A DNA stretch of 64,000 nucleotides from an uncultured bacterium. Its GTDB lineage: Bacteria; Chloroflexota; UBA5177; JANWHV01. Below the pieces are notes generated by a model. That model was not told where the DNA came from. It made no database searches and saw nothing but the letters and a program-made list of their open reading frames with translations. This document shows positions 9,553 to 20,315 of this stretch, piece by piece. The position numbers were made by a program, and so were the translations under genes. The stretch is from assembly GCA_963729625.1 (NCBI GenBank), contig CAVSOU010000008.1, positions 32,001 through 96,000 of the forward strand. The letters run 5' to 3'. Numbering within the stretch: position 1 is the stretch's first letter; every line of letters begins with the position of its first letter.

Positions 9553-9910
9553 GGAGCTCTCCTGCATCGCGGCGATCGGTCTTCCTGATCGTAGAGTACT
9601 GCGTCCGCCGGCATAGAGCTTGCCGGCCCGTTCGCGCCGGCGTATCTGAATAGCGTGACCCCGTTGAAACCCGGGGCGGGCACTCCGGGGAGGCTCAGTG
9701 GCTGCCTAGCGGCGGTCATGTCGTGACTTCTGCGCACGCCAAGATGTGGGCAAAAATCAGGCCTTCAGGCCGGAATTTCCCTGTCGCTACGGGATGCCGC
9801 CAAGCTCGATCCGCCTGCGGCGCCCGGTCACCAAATGTAAGTGCGGCCCGTTGGCGCCGGCGTTTCTACACGTGCGCGGCTGGCTCCAGACCGCGGCGGT
9901 TGCTTCCTGG

Positions 9911-10253
9911 TCACTCGGGGGGACAGAGTCCCTGCATGAGGGTGGCGACAATATCTTTGGCGAAGCGGCCGTCTGCCTCGACGTCCGGCGCCTGGTCGAG
10001 AAACCGCATATTCATGGCCCGCTGCCGGCAGGCGCCCAGCAGCAGCGCCGCCGCGGCCTCCACGCTCGCGCCGGCACGGATGCGCCCCAGTCGCTGCTCG
10101 ATACGCAGGTAGGTCGCCAGTGTCTGCCTGGGCCATCGCGGAATCTCGCGACGAGCGGGCCTCGCGCTCGATAGACTTCTTCGGCCCGATCACCAGCGCC
10201 GTGTGCGTCTTCTCTCTGGTTCTGGCACTGGTGCAGGGCAATGATGCCGACAA
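9911..10253 (-). pseudogene. TetR-family regulator remnant (HTH lost, frame disrupted)
   Basis: Minus-strand frame reads TLATYLRIEQRLGRIRAGASVEAAAALLLGAC...DIVATLMQGLCPPE* (stop 9911-9913); GPKKSIE in another frame just upstream. Confidence 0.6.
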
Positions 10254-10271
10254 GGGTTGGACATTACCATT

Positions 10272-11526
10272 CTAGAGCTCGCGCAGCGTTGGCGAGAGCG
10301 TGGCCAGGGCCAGCGCATACACCAGGCACGTCGCGCCGCCCAGCGCGACCGTCATCTGGGCGCCAATCCTGCTTGCCAGAGCGCCGGCCCAAAGGCTGCC
10401 CACCGGCGAGACGCCCCACGAGGCGATGGTCCAGAGCGCCATCACTCGTCCGCGAACCTCCTCGTCGCTGAGCACTTGCAGAGCGGTATTCGCGACCGCG
10501 AAGAAGCTGACCATCCAGAATCCCACCACCGCCAGGGCCCCCATCGCCGGGAGGCGGGCCGGAATCAGGGCGAACACAATCAACGACAACGCGAAGGCCA
10601 CCTCAGTGCCGAGGATAATCATGCCTTTGCGCGGCACATTGCCGAGGCGCGCCGTCAGCAGTGCCCCGACAACCGCGCCACCCCCCATCGCCGCCAACAG
10701 CGCGCCGAGGTCGCCGGCGCTTCCGTGGTAGACGTTCTTGGCGAATACGGGCATCAGCATCAGGAATGGCATGCCGAAGACCGTATGCACGGTGGCCAGC
10801 ACCAGGGTGGATCTCGTTTCGGCTTGCCCGGCCGCGAACCGCATGCCGTCGGCTATGCTGCGCCATACGGCAACCTTGGCGGCCGAGAGAATGGCTTTGG
10901 GCCGGTTCATCAGCTGCCAGCGCCCCCACTACCGCCAGGAAACTGAGGCCGTTCAGCGTGAAGCAGCCCGCGATTCCGATCAGCGCGATCAGTGCGCCGG
11001 CCACGGCAGGCCCGACCACGCGGGCAACGTTGAATTGGGCGGAGTTCAGCGCGATGGCATTCATCAGGCTGGATTTCGGTACCAGATCGCCGACGAACGA
11101 CTGCCAGGCCGGAGAGCTGAGGGCGGAGGCAATGCCGATGAGCAGCACAAGGATTAACAACCAGCCGGTGTTGATGGCGTGAATCGCCGTCAAGAACGCC
11201 ATGATCAGGGTGAGGATCATCAACACCGACTGTGCCGCCATCAGCAATGTGCGACGGTCGAATCGATCGGCCATAACGCCGCCGAAGATCGACAGCGTCA
11301 GCACCGGCAGGTTTCCCACGGCGTTGACCATGCCCAGCAGAAAGGCCGAGTTCGTGATCTGGAGGATCAGCCAGCCCTGGGCAACGGCCTGCAGCCAGGT
11401 GCCCATATTGGAGACCAGGGCGCCGGACCACAGCAGCCGGAAGTCGCGCGACTCCAGGGCAATCAGTCCGGCAGGCCACCTACGGCTCCGCACGACTTAT
11501 CCCGGCCCCGGTGCAAGACGCTTCAT
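10272..11526 (-). pseudogene. MFS transporter (MFS_3/DUF894-like), disrupted
   Basis: N-half RDFRLLWSG..GGVMADRFDRR..NSAQFNVARVVGPA and C-half in different frames (shift near 10911); in-frame TAA at 11497-11499 after RBS-ATG 11526. Confidence 0.8.
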
Positions 11527-11627
11527 GACAGCTCCGGTAGTCCACGGACATCAGGTGCCATCGTCGCTGGTAGGCCTTATGTTCTCAGTGTATAGATCTC
11601 GCCGCGGCAATTGGGGCAGCACAAGCT

Positions 11628-13220
11628 TCAACTGCTCGAGAAGTCCTCGATGCCCAGGCTTCGTCGCAGTGCCGGGTAGTCTACTTTGGCGTTATGCCGT
11701 CGGTCGACGGGCAGAGTCCGGACGATCCGCACGTCGTCGACGTGCGCCCACGGCACGCATCGCACGATGGTATCCGACTCCGGCGCCCGGGCGTGCAAAC
11801 GCGGCTCGATTACGAGAATGCGCCTGTCGAGGTGAGACACCAGCGCGCAGCGGTGTACGCCGGGCATTCGCGCGACGGCGCACTCGACAGTGAAGGGGTC
11901 GAGCGTGCCGCGCGTATCCTGGATGCGGGCGGCGCAGCGGCCGGCCAGCCAGAGCCGGCCCGTGCCGTCCAGGTACCCGGCGTCGCCGGTTCGATGCCAG
12001 ACCACGCCCTCAACCCGGAACTTGGTTTCCTCATCGCCCATGCCGTGCAGATAGCCCGGCAGGACGTGCCTGCCGCTCACGACGATCTCGCCTATGCCGA
12101 GGGGCGGCAGGCACCGGTCGGCGAATGCGGCCGCCGTGTACGCGGAGATGGGCCTGCCCCAGGTATCGGGGAGAATGCGCAACGCGATCTCCGGGACCGG
12201 GCATCCGGCAGGCAACCCCTTGCCCGCGTAGACTGCCGCGATGTCCTGCGCGCTCATGTCCGCACAGGACACCGTGCTGATGGGCTCGGCTTCAGTCGAC
12301 CCATAGACCGCGATTGCCCTGCCGTTCGGGGTTATCGCCTGCATCCCCGCGAGCACGTTCGGCAGAACCGGGCCGCCGCCGGCGAAAGCAGCCCGCACCC
12401 GCGGCAGCGAAATGCGGTGTTCGCCGCAGTATTCAATCAACCGCTCCCAGAGCGCGGGCGAGGCGCCGATACGGGTTGTCCCGTGTTTCAGGAGAAGGGC
12501 AATCAAGGGCGCGGCGTGGGCACGGCCCGGATACCGCAAGTCCACATTCGGGATCAAGCACGTGGCGCCGGAAGCCAGCTCTGCCAGGACGAAGACGGGC
12601 ATGGTCATCAGACTGATATCGCCCGGTGCCGCGCCCAGGTTCCGGGCCAGCGCCTCGTGCTGCGCCAGAAGCATTCCGTGGGTGCGCACCGTCCCCTTCG
12701 CCTGACCAGTGCTGCCGCTTGTGAACGTGATCAGTGCCGGTGTGTCGTGCTCAGCCGGCTCGATCGTCGCCTGGGGTGGAAGGCTGGCCGCCGCCGACCA
12801 GCGAGCCGCGCCGGGCAGCCATGGTCCGGTGACGAAGCAGTGAGGGATACGCCGTACAGAAGGCACGGCGAGCCTCAGCACGTGCGCCTTCGCGCAGGCG
12901 ATCAGCCCTCGGGGGCGCGCCAGCGCACAACATCGCTCGATATGGCCGCGACCCGCCGAGGGGTCCAGCACCATTGCCACCAGGCCGAGGCGGAAGATGG
13001 CAAGAAACGCGACATAGAGCTCAGCAGACATCGGCTGCAACACGAGTATTGTGTCGCCACGCCGCAGGCCGGATCGCGCCAGCATCGTCGCCGCCCGTGC
13101 CGCGGCGTCTTCGAGCTCTCGATAGGTGGTTACGCGTTCCCGGCCGCGCCGCCTGTCGACGAGAGCGGGCGCATCCGGCCTGGCCCGAGCTTGAAGCTGC
13201 AGCAATGTGGCGACGTTCAT
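11628..13220 (-). CDS. AMP-forming acyl-CoA/ANL ligase, OleC-like
   Basis: FTSGSTGQAKG P-loop, YGSTE, HRTGDAGY, LPVDRRHNAKVDY. Confidence 0.88.
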   Translation of the reverse strand: MNVATLLQLQARARPDAPALVDRRRGRERVTTYRELEDAAARAATMLARSGLRRGDTILVLQPMSAELYVAFLAIFRLGLVAMVLDPSAGRGHIERCCALARPRGLIACAKAHVLRLAVPSVRRIPHCFVTGPWLPGAARWSAAASLPPQATIEPAEHDTPALITFTSGSTGQAKGTVRTHGMLLAQHEALARNLGAAPGDISLMTMPVFVLAELASGATCLIPNVDLRYPGRAHAAPLIALLLKHGTTRIGASPALWERLIEYCGEHRISLPRVRAAFAGGGPVLPNVLAGMQAITPNGRAIAVYGSTEAEPISTVSCADMSAQDIAAVYAGKGLPAGCPVPEIALRILPDTWGRPISAYTAAAFADRCLPPLGIGEIVVSGRHVLPGYLHGMGDEETKFRVEGVVWHRTGDAGYLDGTGRLWLAGRCAARIQDTRGTLDPFTVECAVARMPGVHRCALVSHLDRRILVIEPRLHARAPESDTIVRCVPWAHVDDVRIVRTLPVDRRHNAKVDYPALRRSLGIEDFSSS

Positions 13221-14246
13221 GAGGGCGCCTCCAGACGACGCGCAAACAGGGCATATTGCCGGATGATCCGTGTCTGGTAGCGGCTGCTGCTGCGAAGCGA
13301 CCCGTTCCGCTCGTGCAGGAGCGCGTGCACCACTCGGGTGTAGCCGAGCTGACGCACATGCTCCAGAGTGACTGAGCCGAGCAGGGCGCCGAGACCGCGC
13401 AAGCGAGCGTCCGGCAGCACGGCAAGAGTCTTGACCACGACGGTATCGACACGCTCGCCTCGTCGGGCCTGGCAGAGATCCGGAACGGCAAAGATGAAAC
13501 CGGCGGTGCGGTCCTCGTGCTCGGCGATCAGCGCCAGCTCGGGCCGAATGTACGGCTTGATCGGCATGTACTGATCTGCGAACTCCTGTTCGTCGATCGG
13601 GCTGTAGAGGAAGTTGCCGGCAAAGCTCGCCTTGACCACCTGATAGATTTGTCCAAGCTCGGCGGCGAAGCGCTCAATATCCAACATGCGGATGCGCACG
13701 CCTCGCGCGGCGAGCGAGCGCGCGATGGCTGGTAGCCGGGGGTCGCCTTCGCCCATCCGCGTGTCCAGAAGCGAGTAGTACCGCGCCAGCGGCGTGAAGC
13801 CGGCATCCGCGAAATAGCATGGGTATGTGTCCGGAGTGTCCGGCTCGAGGAAGAATGGCGGCTCGACGCCGCGTTCGGTGACCAGGCGGTACTTTCTGTG
13901 CGTGCTGCCGTCCATCGGGCCCACGGCAAGAGCGCAGCCCTCGGCGGCAAGCCTGTTGCTCGCCGCCAGCAAGAGCGCCCGCGAAGCGCCGGCGTCATTT
14001 GCTTCGTAATGGCCGATGAGCCCCACGCGGACTGCCCGATTCTGTTCCCGGCGCTACCGCGGGGTACCGAGGCGTGTCGGTCCACCACAGCGAGCAGCGG
14101 GCCGCGGCCGAGATGACACCCGTGACAAGAAGGTGTGCATCGGCGCCGTCACGCGCAGTGGACGTTCGATCCATCTGGGGCAAACCGGCGACAGCGCAGA
14201 AACGGGCCGTCTCGACCGAGCTTTCTAGAGCAAGGGTGGCGTGCAT
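13217..14246 (-). CDS. GNAT-fold N-acetyltransferase-like protein (frameshift near 14030-14075)
   Basis: RBS CAGGAGG before ATG 14246; ARCSLWW in one frame joins VGLIGHYEA..GPMDG..FFLEP..KTLAV..RLRGLG in the next. Confidence 0.75.
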
Positions 14247-15175
14247 GGCATCCTCCTGCTGGAAACCAGGCGGCCAGGAGTCTGTACTGGCCGCCACATC
14301 CTGCCCTGGCGCCGGCATGTTGCAGGCTCCAGAGATCTGCCGGATCGCGTACCCAGTTTGGGCGCGCGAATCATCCGCGGCCATTGCTTCCGTTCGTGGC
14401 GGCATGGCATGGTCAGCAGCCGGTAGCTGATTATCGAAAGCAGCAGCGCGCCCAGCAGCATGGCCGCGTCGCCCTCGACGCTCAAAGCGAGACCGGCTCG
14501 CAGAACCGGGTAGCCGATCAGCGGCACGGTGATGTTGTCCAGGCCGTACGGCGAGAGCGCCTCGACAGGCGTCAGCAGCAGCGCCAGAATCAACGCGAGC
14601 AGCACTGCCGCGCTTGGGTTGCAGGCGGGGGCAAGCAGCAGGGGGATCAGGGCGCTGAGAGCGGCGACGGCGAAGAAGGCCAGCGACCCTTCCAGGCTCT
14701 TTTCCGAAGCAATGCGCCGGAAGCGCCGGCGACCATGCTCCGTTCCTACGATGGCCGCCGCGCTGTCCGCGAAGGTGAGAATCAAGAGCGGGACGCAGTA
14801 CAGCAGCGTGCACCGTGCCGAGAGCGTGAAGAGCACGAGCGCGGCAACAGGGAGGCACACTTCGCCGAGCGAGCCCCGGTTTACCGCGAAGAGGACGGTC
14901 CCCAGTCCGGCGCGCAAGGCACGCATGTGTTTGAGCGCGATCAGCGCTGGAATGGTGACTCCTGCCAGTACCAGGACAGGCCAGAGCTCGCCGAACAACC
15001 AGGGGAAGCCCAGCACAATCAGGCCAGCTCCCACGTGGAAGAGTTTTCGCGCCGGTTCCGGCTGCAGAGCACGGCTGTGCTGCGCCAGTCGCACGCCGCC
15101 GAGCAGCCCGCCAAGAAGGAGCAGCACTGCGACCATGCCTACCAGGGGATGAACGGCGACATGCAGGCCCATCAA
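14225..15175 (-). CDS. CTP-dependent polyprenol/phytol/dolichol kinase-like membrane protein (CTP_transf_1 clan)
   Basis: ARKLFHV, FADSAAAIVG, KSLEGSLAF, GLDN motifs; many TM helices. Confidence 0.8.
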   Translation of the reverse strand: MMGLHVAVHPLVGMVAVLLLLGGLLGGVRLAQHSRALQPEPARKLFHVGAGLIVLGFPWLFGELWPVLVLAGVTIPALIALKHMRALRAGLGTVLFAVNRGSLGEVCLPVAALVLFTLSARCTLLYCVPLLILTFADSAAAIVGTEHGRRRFRRIASEKSLEGSLAFFAVAALSALIPLLLAPACNPSAAVLLALILALLLTPVEALSPYGLDNITVPLIGYPVLRAGLALSVEGDAAMLLGALLLSIISYRLLTMPCRHERKQWPRMIRAPKLGTRSGRSLEPATCRRQGRMWRPVQTPGRLVSSRRMPCTPPLL

Positions 15176-16311
15176 GCCACCTCCTCGATCACGAATCGGC
15201 GGTAGAAGAACACTTTGTCCTGGCCGTGCAGCCGCTCGGCAAGCTCGTCCAGGGACAAGAGTTGCTCGGCCAGGCGACAGGGGCGGCTGCGCGGGACGAG
15301 CATGTTCCAGTACGCGAGCCGCGCACCGCCACGCGCCGCTCGTACAAGCCGATCCAGCACCACGCCATGCTCCTGCTCCGACATGTATTCAAACACGTCG
15401 CTCAGGTTGAAGCGGTCAATACTCGCCGGCTCGGCCGCGCTCAGGAACTCCTCCAGAGACTGGCAACGCCATTCAAGGCGGTCGAGATTGGCGCGAATAG
15501 CGTCGAAGTTCTCAGGGCGCAGCGCGTATGGGAGCGTGGTGCCGTGCATGCCGGTGAGAATCCAGTGAAGGTAGGGATTCGTGGCCGGGTCCTGCTCGAC
15601 CAACGCGTGCCGCACCTGTGCCAGCAGGTGCGTGGACACGCGGTCCGTGGCATGACGGAAGAACTCGGGGTCGCGGCCCAGCCGAGCCATGACGGGCTGC
15701 GAAAAGAACAGGCGGAAGAAGAGGCGCCAGCGGGCTGTATCCCATCCCCGCGCATAGGATTCCCGCCGTTCTGTCGCGGTACCGCCGCGCAGCAGGCGCT
15801 CGACGCAGGCTCGATCGTGCACGAGCGGCAAGATCAGGCGTCGAAACAGCGTCAGGTAGCGCTCGAATCGTCCCGCCGATCCGATGCCGCTGGCGATCAG
15901 CGCCGGAGTCGCATCCCAGAAGGCGCGCGTGCCGGGAGACAGCGCGGCACGGCATCGCCGGTACAGATCGGCGCGGCGTCCACTGGCAACCGAGCCGACG
16001 AGCTCAAGCAATTCCGCGTGCCGGAGCGTGCGGTACGCCGCGACGCGCAATTCCAGACAGGCAAGCTGCGGCCTGCTGACGTCCAGCGCGATCACGTGGG
16101 CCGGGCTTTTGCTCAGGAGGGCGAGCGTGTTGTCGCCGGCAGAGGCGATGGACAGGCACACCTGGCCTGGTCGTACGCTGAGCGCGGACAGCAGTACATC
16201 TGCATCTTCCCAGCACTGCGCATAGCGGATCTGGCTGAAGTCCACGAGCTGCACGGCAGCGCTCGGCGATGAAGTACCTGCGGCGGAGCGGGTCCTGGAT
16301 GTGCTACACAT
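15172..16311 (-). CDS. DUF3419 family protein (BtaA-like SAM-dependent 3-amino-3-carboxypropyl transferase)
   Basis: RYAQCWEDAD, IASAGDN, GRFERY, FNLSDVFEYM, DKVFFY motifs; GGAG RBS before ATG 16311. Confidence 0.85.
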   Translation of the reverse strand: MCSTSRTRSAAGTSSPSAAVQLVDFSQIRYAQCWEDADVLLSALSVRPGQVCLSIASAGDNTLALLSKSPAHVIALDVSRPQLACLELRVAAYRTLRHAELLELVGSVASGRRADLYRRCRAALSPGTRAFWDATPALIASGIGSAGRFERYLTLFRRLILPLVHDRACVERLLRGGTATERRESYARGWDTARWRLFFRLFFSQPVMARLGRDPEFFRHATDRVSTHLLAQVRHALVEQDPATNPYLHWILTGMHGTTLPYALRPENFDAIRANLDRLEWRCQSLEEFLSAAEPASIDRFNLSDVFEYMSEQEHGVVLDRLVRAARGGARLAYWNMLVPRSRPCRLAEQLLSLDELAERLHGQDKVFFYRRFVIEEVA

Positions 16312-18962
16312 GGGCAGTCTCCATCGACTCATCGACCATGGGGGACGAGGTTCGCGTGACCAGGAGCGTTACTCGGCCGGAGGTACCATCCATCTCCACC
16401 CAGTCGCCGTCATGGATCCAGCTTGTCGCGGCACGAAGCCCAACCACGGTCGGAACGCCTAGCTCACGGGCGACGATCGCCGCATGTGAGAGCAGCCCGC
16501 CATGTTCCACCACGACGCCCGCGCTGGCTGGAAACAGGATAATCCAACCGGGATCGGTGTGCCTGGCCACCAGGATGTCGCCCAGCTGCACCGAGGCCTG
16601 CACGGGATCGAGGATCACGCGCGCTCGCCCTCGCACGATGCCTGGACAGCAACCGGTTCCTGTGCGGGAATCGCCCGCGGGCTCCGGCACCGGCGCCGAG
16701 CCCAGAAACGTATTGCCGCTGTGTACACAGCCCCGCGTCTCAAACCTGTCGGCGGGCGGGTCTTCCTGGCGATAGCGCCCGAACTCCGCTTTGCGCAGCG
16801 CCACAAGCCCGCGGAGATCGGTGGTGGTCGCTGTCCCCGCGATGGTGCCCAGAACCTCGGACAGCTCGAGATAGAAGACGTCTCGAGCATTGTCGAGCAG
16901 TCCGTCCGCCTGGAATCGCCGGCCGATCTCGACGAAGAGGAGGCGTGCCCGGCCAAAGACACGCGTGCGCTCAAATCGCAGATTCTCGCGGTCGCGGATC
17001 CGACCTCGGGCGTTCTTGAGCACCCAGGTGAAGATCGCGCGACGCATTGGGTGCCATCGCAGGGCACTTCGCGCTGCCTGTTCGGCGGCGCCACGGGTCC
17101 CATTTCGCATAGGGTCGATCTGTCTGCTCGCGGCAAGGCGTCCGACCGATCGCAGCAGGATGAGCGGGTCGTCGGTCAGCGTGGGGCTTTCCAGCTTCAG
17201 CTCGTCAAGGCAGCGATCGGCGAAGCGCTCCAGGTAGGCCTGATACTGGACGCGGAACTCAGGCGCATCGTCCGTTGCGGCCTTGATTGCGGGGAGCGAT
17301 CCGGCGCACAAAGCCTCGGCCAGCCCGGGTTGCCGGGTGGCGGTTCGCGCCATGTCCCGCATACGCCTGGCCGGTTCGGTGGAGATCGTGCCACTTTCGC
17401 CGCACAGCAGATCGTTCTGTAGAGTGCCGGTCTCATCGTGGCACCAATGCGCCGCAAGACTGCGGAGCAGGCCGAAGAAGATCATCGTGAACAGATCGTT
17501 GAGCAGCGGCGTGTCCCAGCGGCGAATCAGGCTCCGTTCCAGCTCGCGGTAGCATCCGGCAAGCTCATCCGCACGGAGGCAGCGCGGATCGGGCTGATCG
17601 TTCAGTGTCCGTTCGATATGCCTGTGAAAATGCCGGATGCGGCGAGGGAGAAGGGCATACCCTGCCAGCAGACTGCCGAGAGCCACCGGCAGCCGCAGCC
17701 CATCGCGCACGCGACGGCCGAAGGAGGCCGTCTCAAGCTCGGCCACGATCTCAGGCGGCAGGCCTTCGCGCACGCCCATCATGCCTTCCATGAAGCGGCG
17801 GTTGACCGCGAACCCAGGCAAGAGTGCCAGCAGGCGATACCAGCTCAGCAGGTTGTAGTAGATGCGGCCGCGAACCAGGCCGAGCATGTGCCCGAATGTA
17901 TTGTCGTGGCCGTCGATAGCGGCCGGCGCCGCGTGCAGCACCTGGCAGAGCCGGCGATAGACGTGCTCGTAGGCATGCAGCGCGAACGTGAAGGTCAGCG
18001 GCGTGGTCACGCCGCTGTAGCTCTCGGCGATATTGCTGTTGTCCCAGAGTATGCGCTCGCCGTCTGGATCGGCCAGGCCTGCCAGGGACGTGATTGGTCG
18101 CGCCTGGAGCAGCCAGAGCCGGCCGCTCTCGATTGCCCATTCGATATCCTGAGGCCGGCCGGCGACGTCTGCCGCCCGGCGCGCGAGCATCGCCACGGCA
18201 CGAGCCTGGTCATCGGACAACGCGGGCGAATGCGCCTGTGCCGGGTTGACAGGTACAGCGCCTACCTCCGTCTATCGTGCAGTGTGCTGGATCGGGCGCG
18301 ATGCTCGTCACACGGGACGACTGAGCGACAATGCGACCATGGCGATCGATAGATAAGCGGTCGGCGTCGCTCGAGCCCGTAGCCAACGCAGCGCCCAGAC
18401 CCGACACGGCTTCGACTATCGCAATACCCCGCCGCCCGCTGACCGGATCGGCGCTGAAGGCTACGCCGGCGAATTCTGCATCGACCATGCGTTGAATCAA
18501 GACCGCCGGCATGCGCCCCGGCCCGTCGAGGCTGCACTCAGCACGGTAACGCCGTACGCGCTCGCTCATGCCCGACTGCCACACTCCGGCAACGCAACTG
18601 GGAACGTCAGATGCTGACACCGAGAGGAAGCTGTCATACTGTCCGGCAAAGGAATGCTGTGCGCCATCCTCGTCTGTCGCGGACGAGCGGACCGCGACCG
18701 GCTCGCCTTGCGGACTGAGTGTGGCGAGTGCGCCGCGCAGTTCTTCGAGAACTTCGTCACACGGCAGCACGGCGAGTTCGGCTGTGTTGGCGGCACGATC
18801 TGGCGTTTGGACGGCCACCCACGATACGCTGAACGCCTCGGGCACCAGCACAAACCAGCTCGGCACGGGGAGACCATGCACCTGCATGACCGCCAGCGCG
18901 GCCGCTTTCGCGCCAAGTTGATGCTCTCCCGTTGCTTCACCCGGTCGAACGATGTACTTCAT
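16304..18962 (-). CDS. PEP-utilising dikinase with rifampin-phosphotransferase/PEP-synthase-like architecture (frameshift near 18230-18270)
   Basis: ATP-grasp half (GAKA, VAVRSSA..EDG..SFAGQY, QRMV, DIEWA, LQARPIT), central WDNSNIAESY domain, C-terminal phospho-His swivel GGLLSHAAIVARELGVP. Confidence 0.85.
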
Positions 18963-19031
18963 CGGTGTCTCCCCCAATGTGGTTCGCGACGCCGTCAAAA
19001 CCTGTCGAAACGAATCCCCGTACTGATGGCG

Positions 19032-19979
19032 CTAGAGACGCCAGAGCATGGGAACGGTACCGAGACCGAGATAGATGAGCAGGGCCCAGAACCCGGACAG
19101 TGTGGACAGCTGGGTGGCCGCTCTGGTGATCGGCCGGCGCATGAAGTGCACGGCGCGCAGCGCGGCGCCAGGAACGAATACTGCGCAGACGACAGCGGCT
19201 GGCAAGGGAAAACCGACCTGAAAGCCTGCAGCAATGGCAGCCGCCGCAGTGACCACGAGCGTGGCTAGCCAGATGTAGGCCGCGCGGGCGCTTCCCCATA
19301 GGGCGGTGTAGGTCTGAACGCCGCGCTCCTCGTCCTGCGGGGCACGAATCTTGCGCCCTATCTCCAGCACAAAGCCGTTGCAAAAACTCATCAGCAGCAG
19401 AAATAGCAGGCCGCGCGCCGGCGCGGCGCCCGCCACGCGCCAATCGCACGCGCTGCAGTAGAGGTCGACCAGCGGCAGAATCAGCATGTGCGTCCACATG
19501 TAGGTGACGGGGCGTGCCTTGAGCCATGCGCGGGCGAAGAACTCGCAGCTCATCAATGTGAGATAGAGCCAGACGATGGCGAGCAGCGGCAGCAATGCCG
19601 GGGAGAGCCAGAACGCGAGCGCAGCCTGCGCAATCGCGGCTGCAAACGCCAGGCAGCCCAGCTCACGCAGACTGATGAGCCCGCGCGGCACTGGACGATA
19701 CGGCCGGTAGAGTGCGTCCTCCTCACGATCCTTGAACTCATCGGCGATGCGCAGCTGTAGGAAGAACAGAAAGGCAGTGGCGAATGCCACGAATAGCGCC
19801 CTGGCACCGGGTAGCTGGACGTGATCGGGGGTTCGCAGCTGGACAGAGAACCCGACCGTGGCGCTGCTGAAAGCGGCGATCAGCAGGCCGTGGCTTACCA
19901 GCGGAAAGCGCTCCCGCTGATAGGTCCACCAGCGTGAGGCCCACGCACGAGCGTTCGCGGGGTACACATGCGCGGCGAT
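19032..19979 (-). CDS. UbiA-superfamily prenyltransferase-like membrane protein
   Basis: YQRERFPL, RIADEFKDREEDALYRPYRPVPRG Asp-rich motif, EIGRKIRAP..E..V.TY; GGAGG RBS points to ATC 19979 (or GTG 19967). Confidence 0.8.
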   Translation of the reverse strand: MAAHVYPANARAWASRWWTYQRERFPLVSHGLLIAAFSSATVGFSVQLRTPDHVQLPGARALFVAFATAFLFFLQLRIADEFKDREEDALYRPYRPVPRGLISLRELGCLAFAAAIAQAALAFWLSPALLPLLAIVWLYLTLMSCEFFARAWLKARPVTYMWTHMLILPLVDLYCSACDWRVAGAAPARGLLFLLLMSFCNGFVLEIGRKIRAPQDEERGVQTYTALWGSARAAYIWLATLVVTAAAAIAAGFQVGFPLPAAVVCAVFVPGAALRAVHFMRRPITRAATQLSTLSGFWALLIYLGLGTVPMLWRL

Positions 19980-20315
19980 CGCCTTTTCCTCCCTGCCCGA
20001 ACAACTGGTCCTGCGAAACGCGGTGCCGGGACATCCGCCCCACGCAAAGGGGGATCGCGTCCGGCTCTGAGCCCATACTAGAACCGCCAACGCTCTACGA
20101 GACAGGCCAGGAGCTCTACAGAACTCTCGAACGAGCTCAACAAAACTCTCAGGCTGGCCTGACCGAGCCGTTCGACGAGGGCGCCGCGCTGGCGCAGTAC
20201 AGCGAGCGCGCCGAGCTTGTGCTTGCCGGAGGCAAAGTAGAGCCGACTCGAACAGCTGCGGGCGACTGTGCTTCACGGGAACCGCTGCGCCGCATGCGCA
20301 GCGCATTGTTGCGCG

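Noticed and set aside
11694-13280. 528-aa plus-strand ORF and similar long antisense ORFs (42380-44386, 57579-59072)
   Set aside because: Shadow ORFs opposite well-supported genes in GC-rich DNA, with no motifs
16304-18962. Call as ppsA or as rifampin resistance gene rph
   Set aside because: Domain order differs from PEP synthase; biosynthetic context and no evidence for rifamycin specificity
20060-20300. Protein-like stretch ELYRTLERAQQ...AELVLAGGKV on the plus strand
   Set aside because: No start, RBS or family motif; cannot be supported without a search
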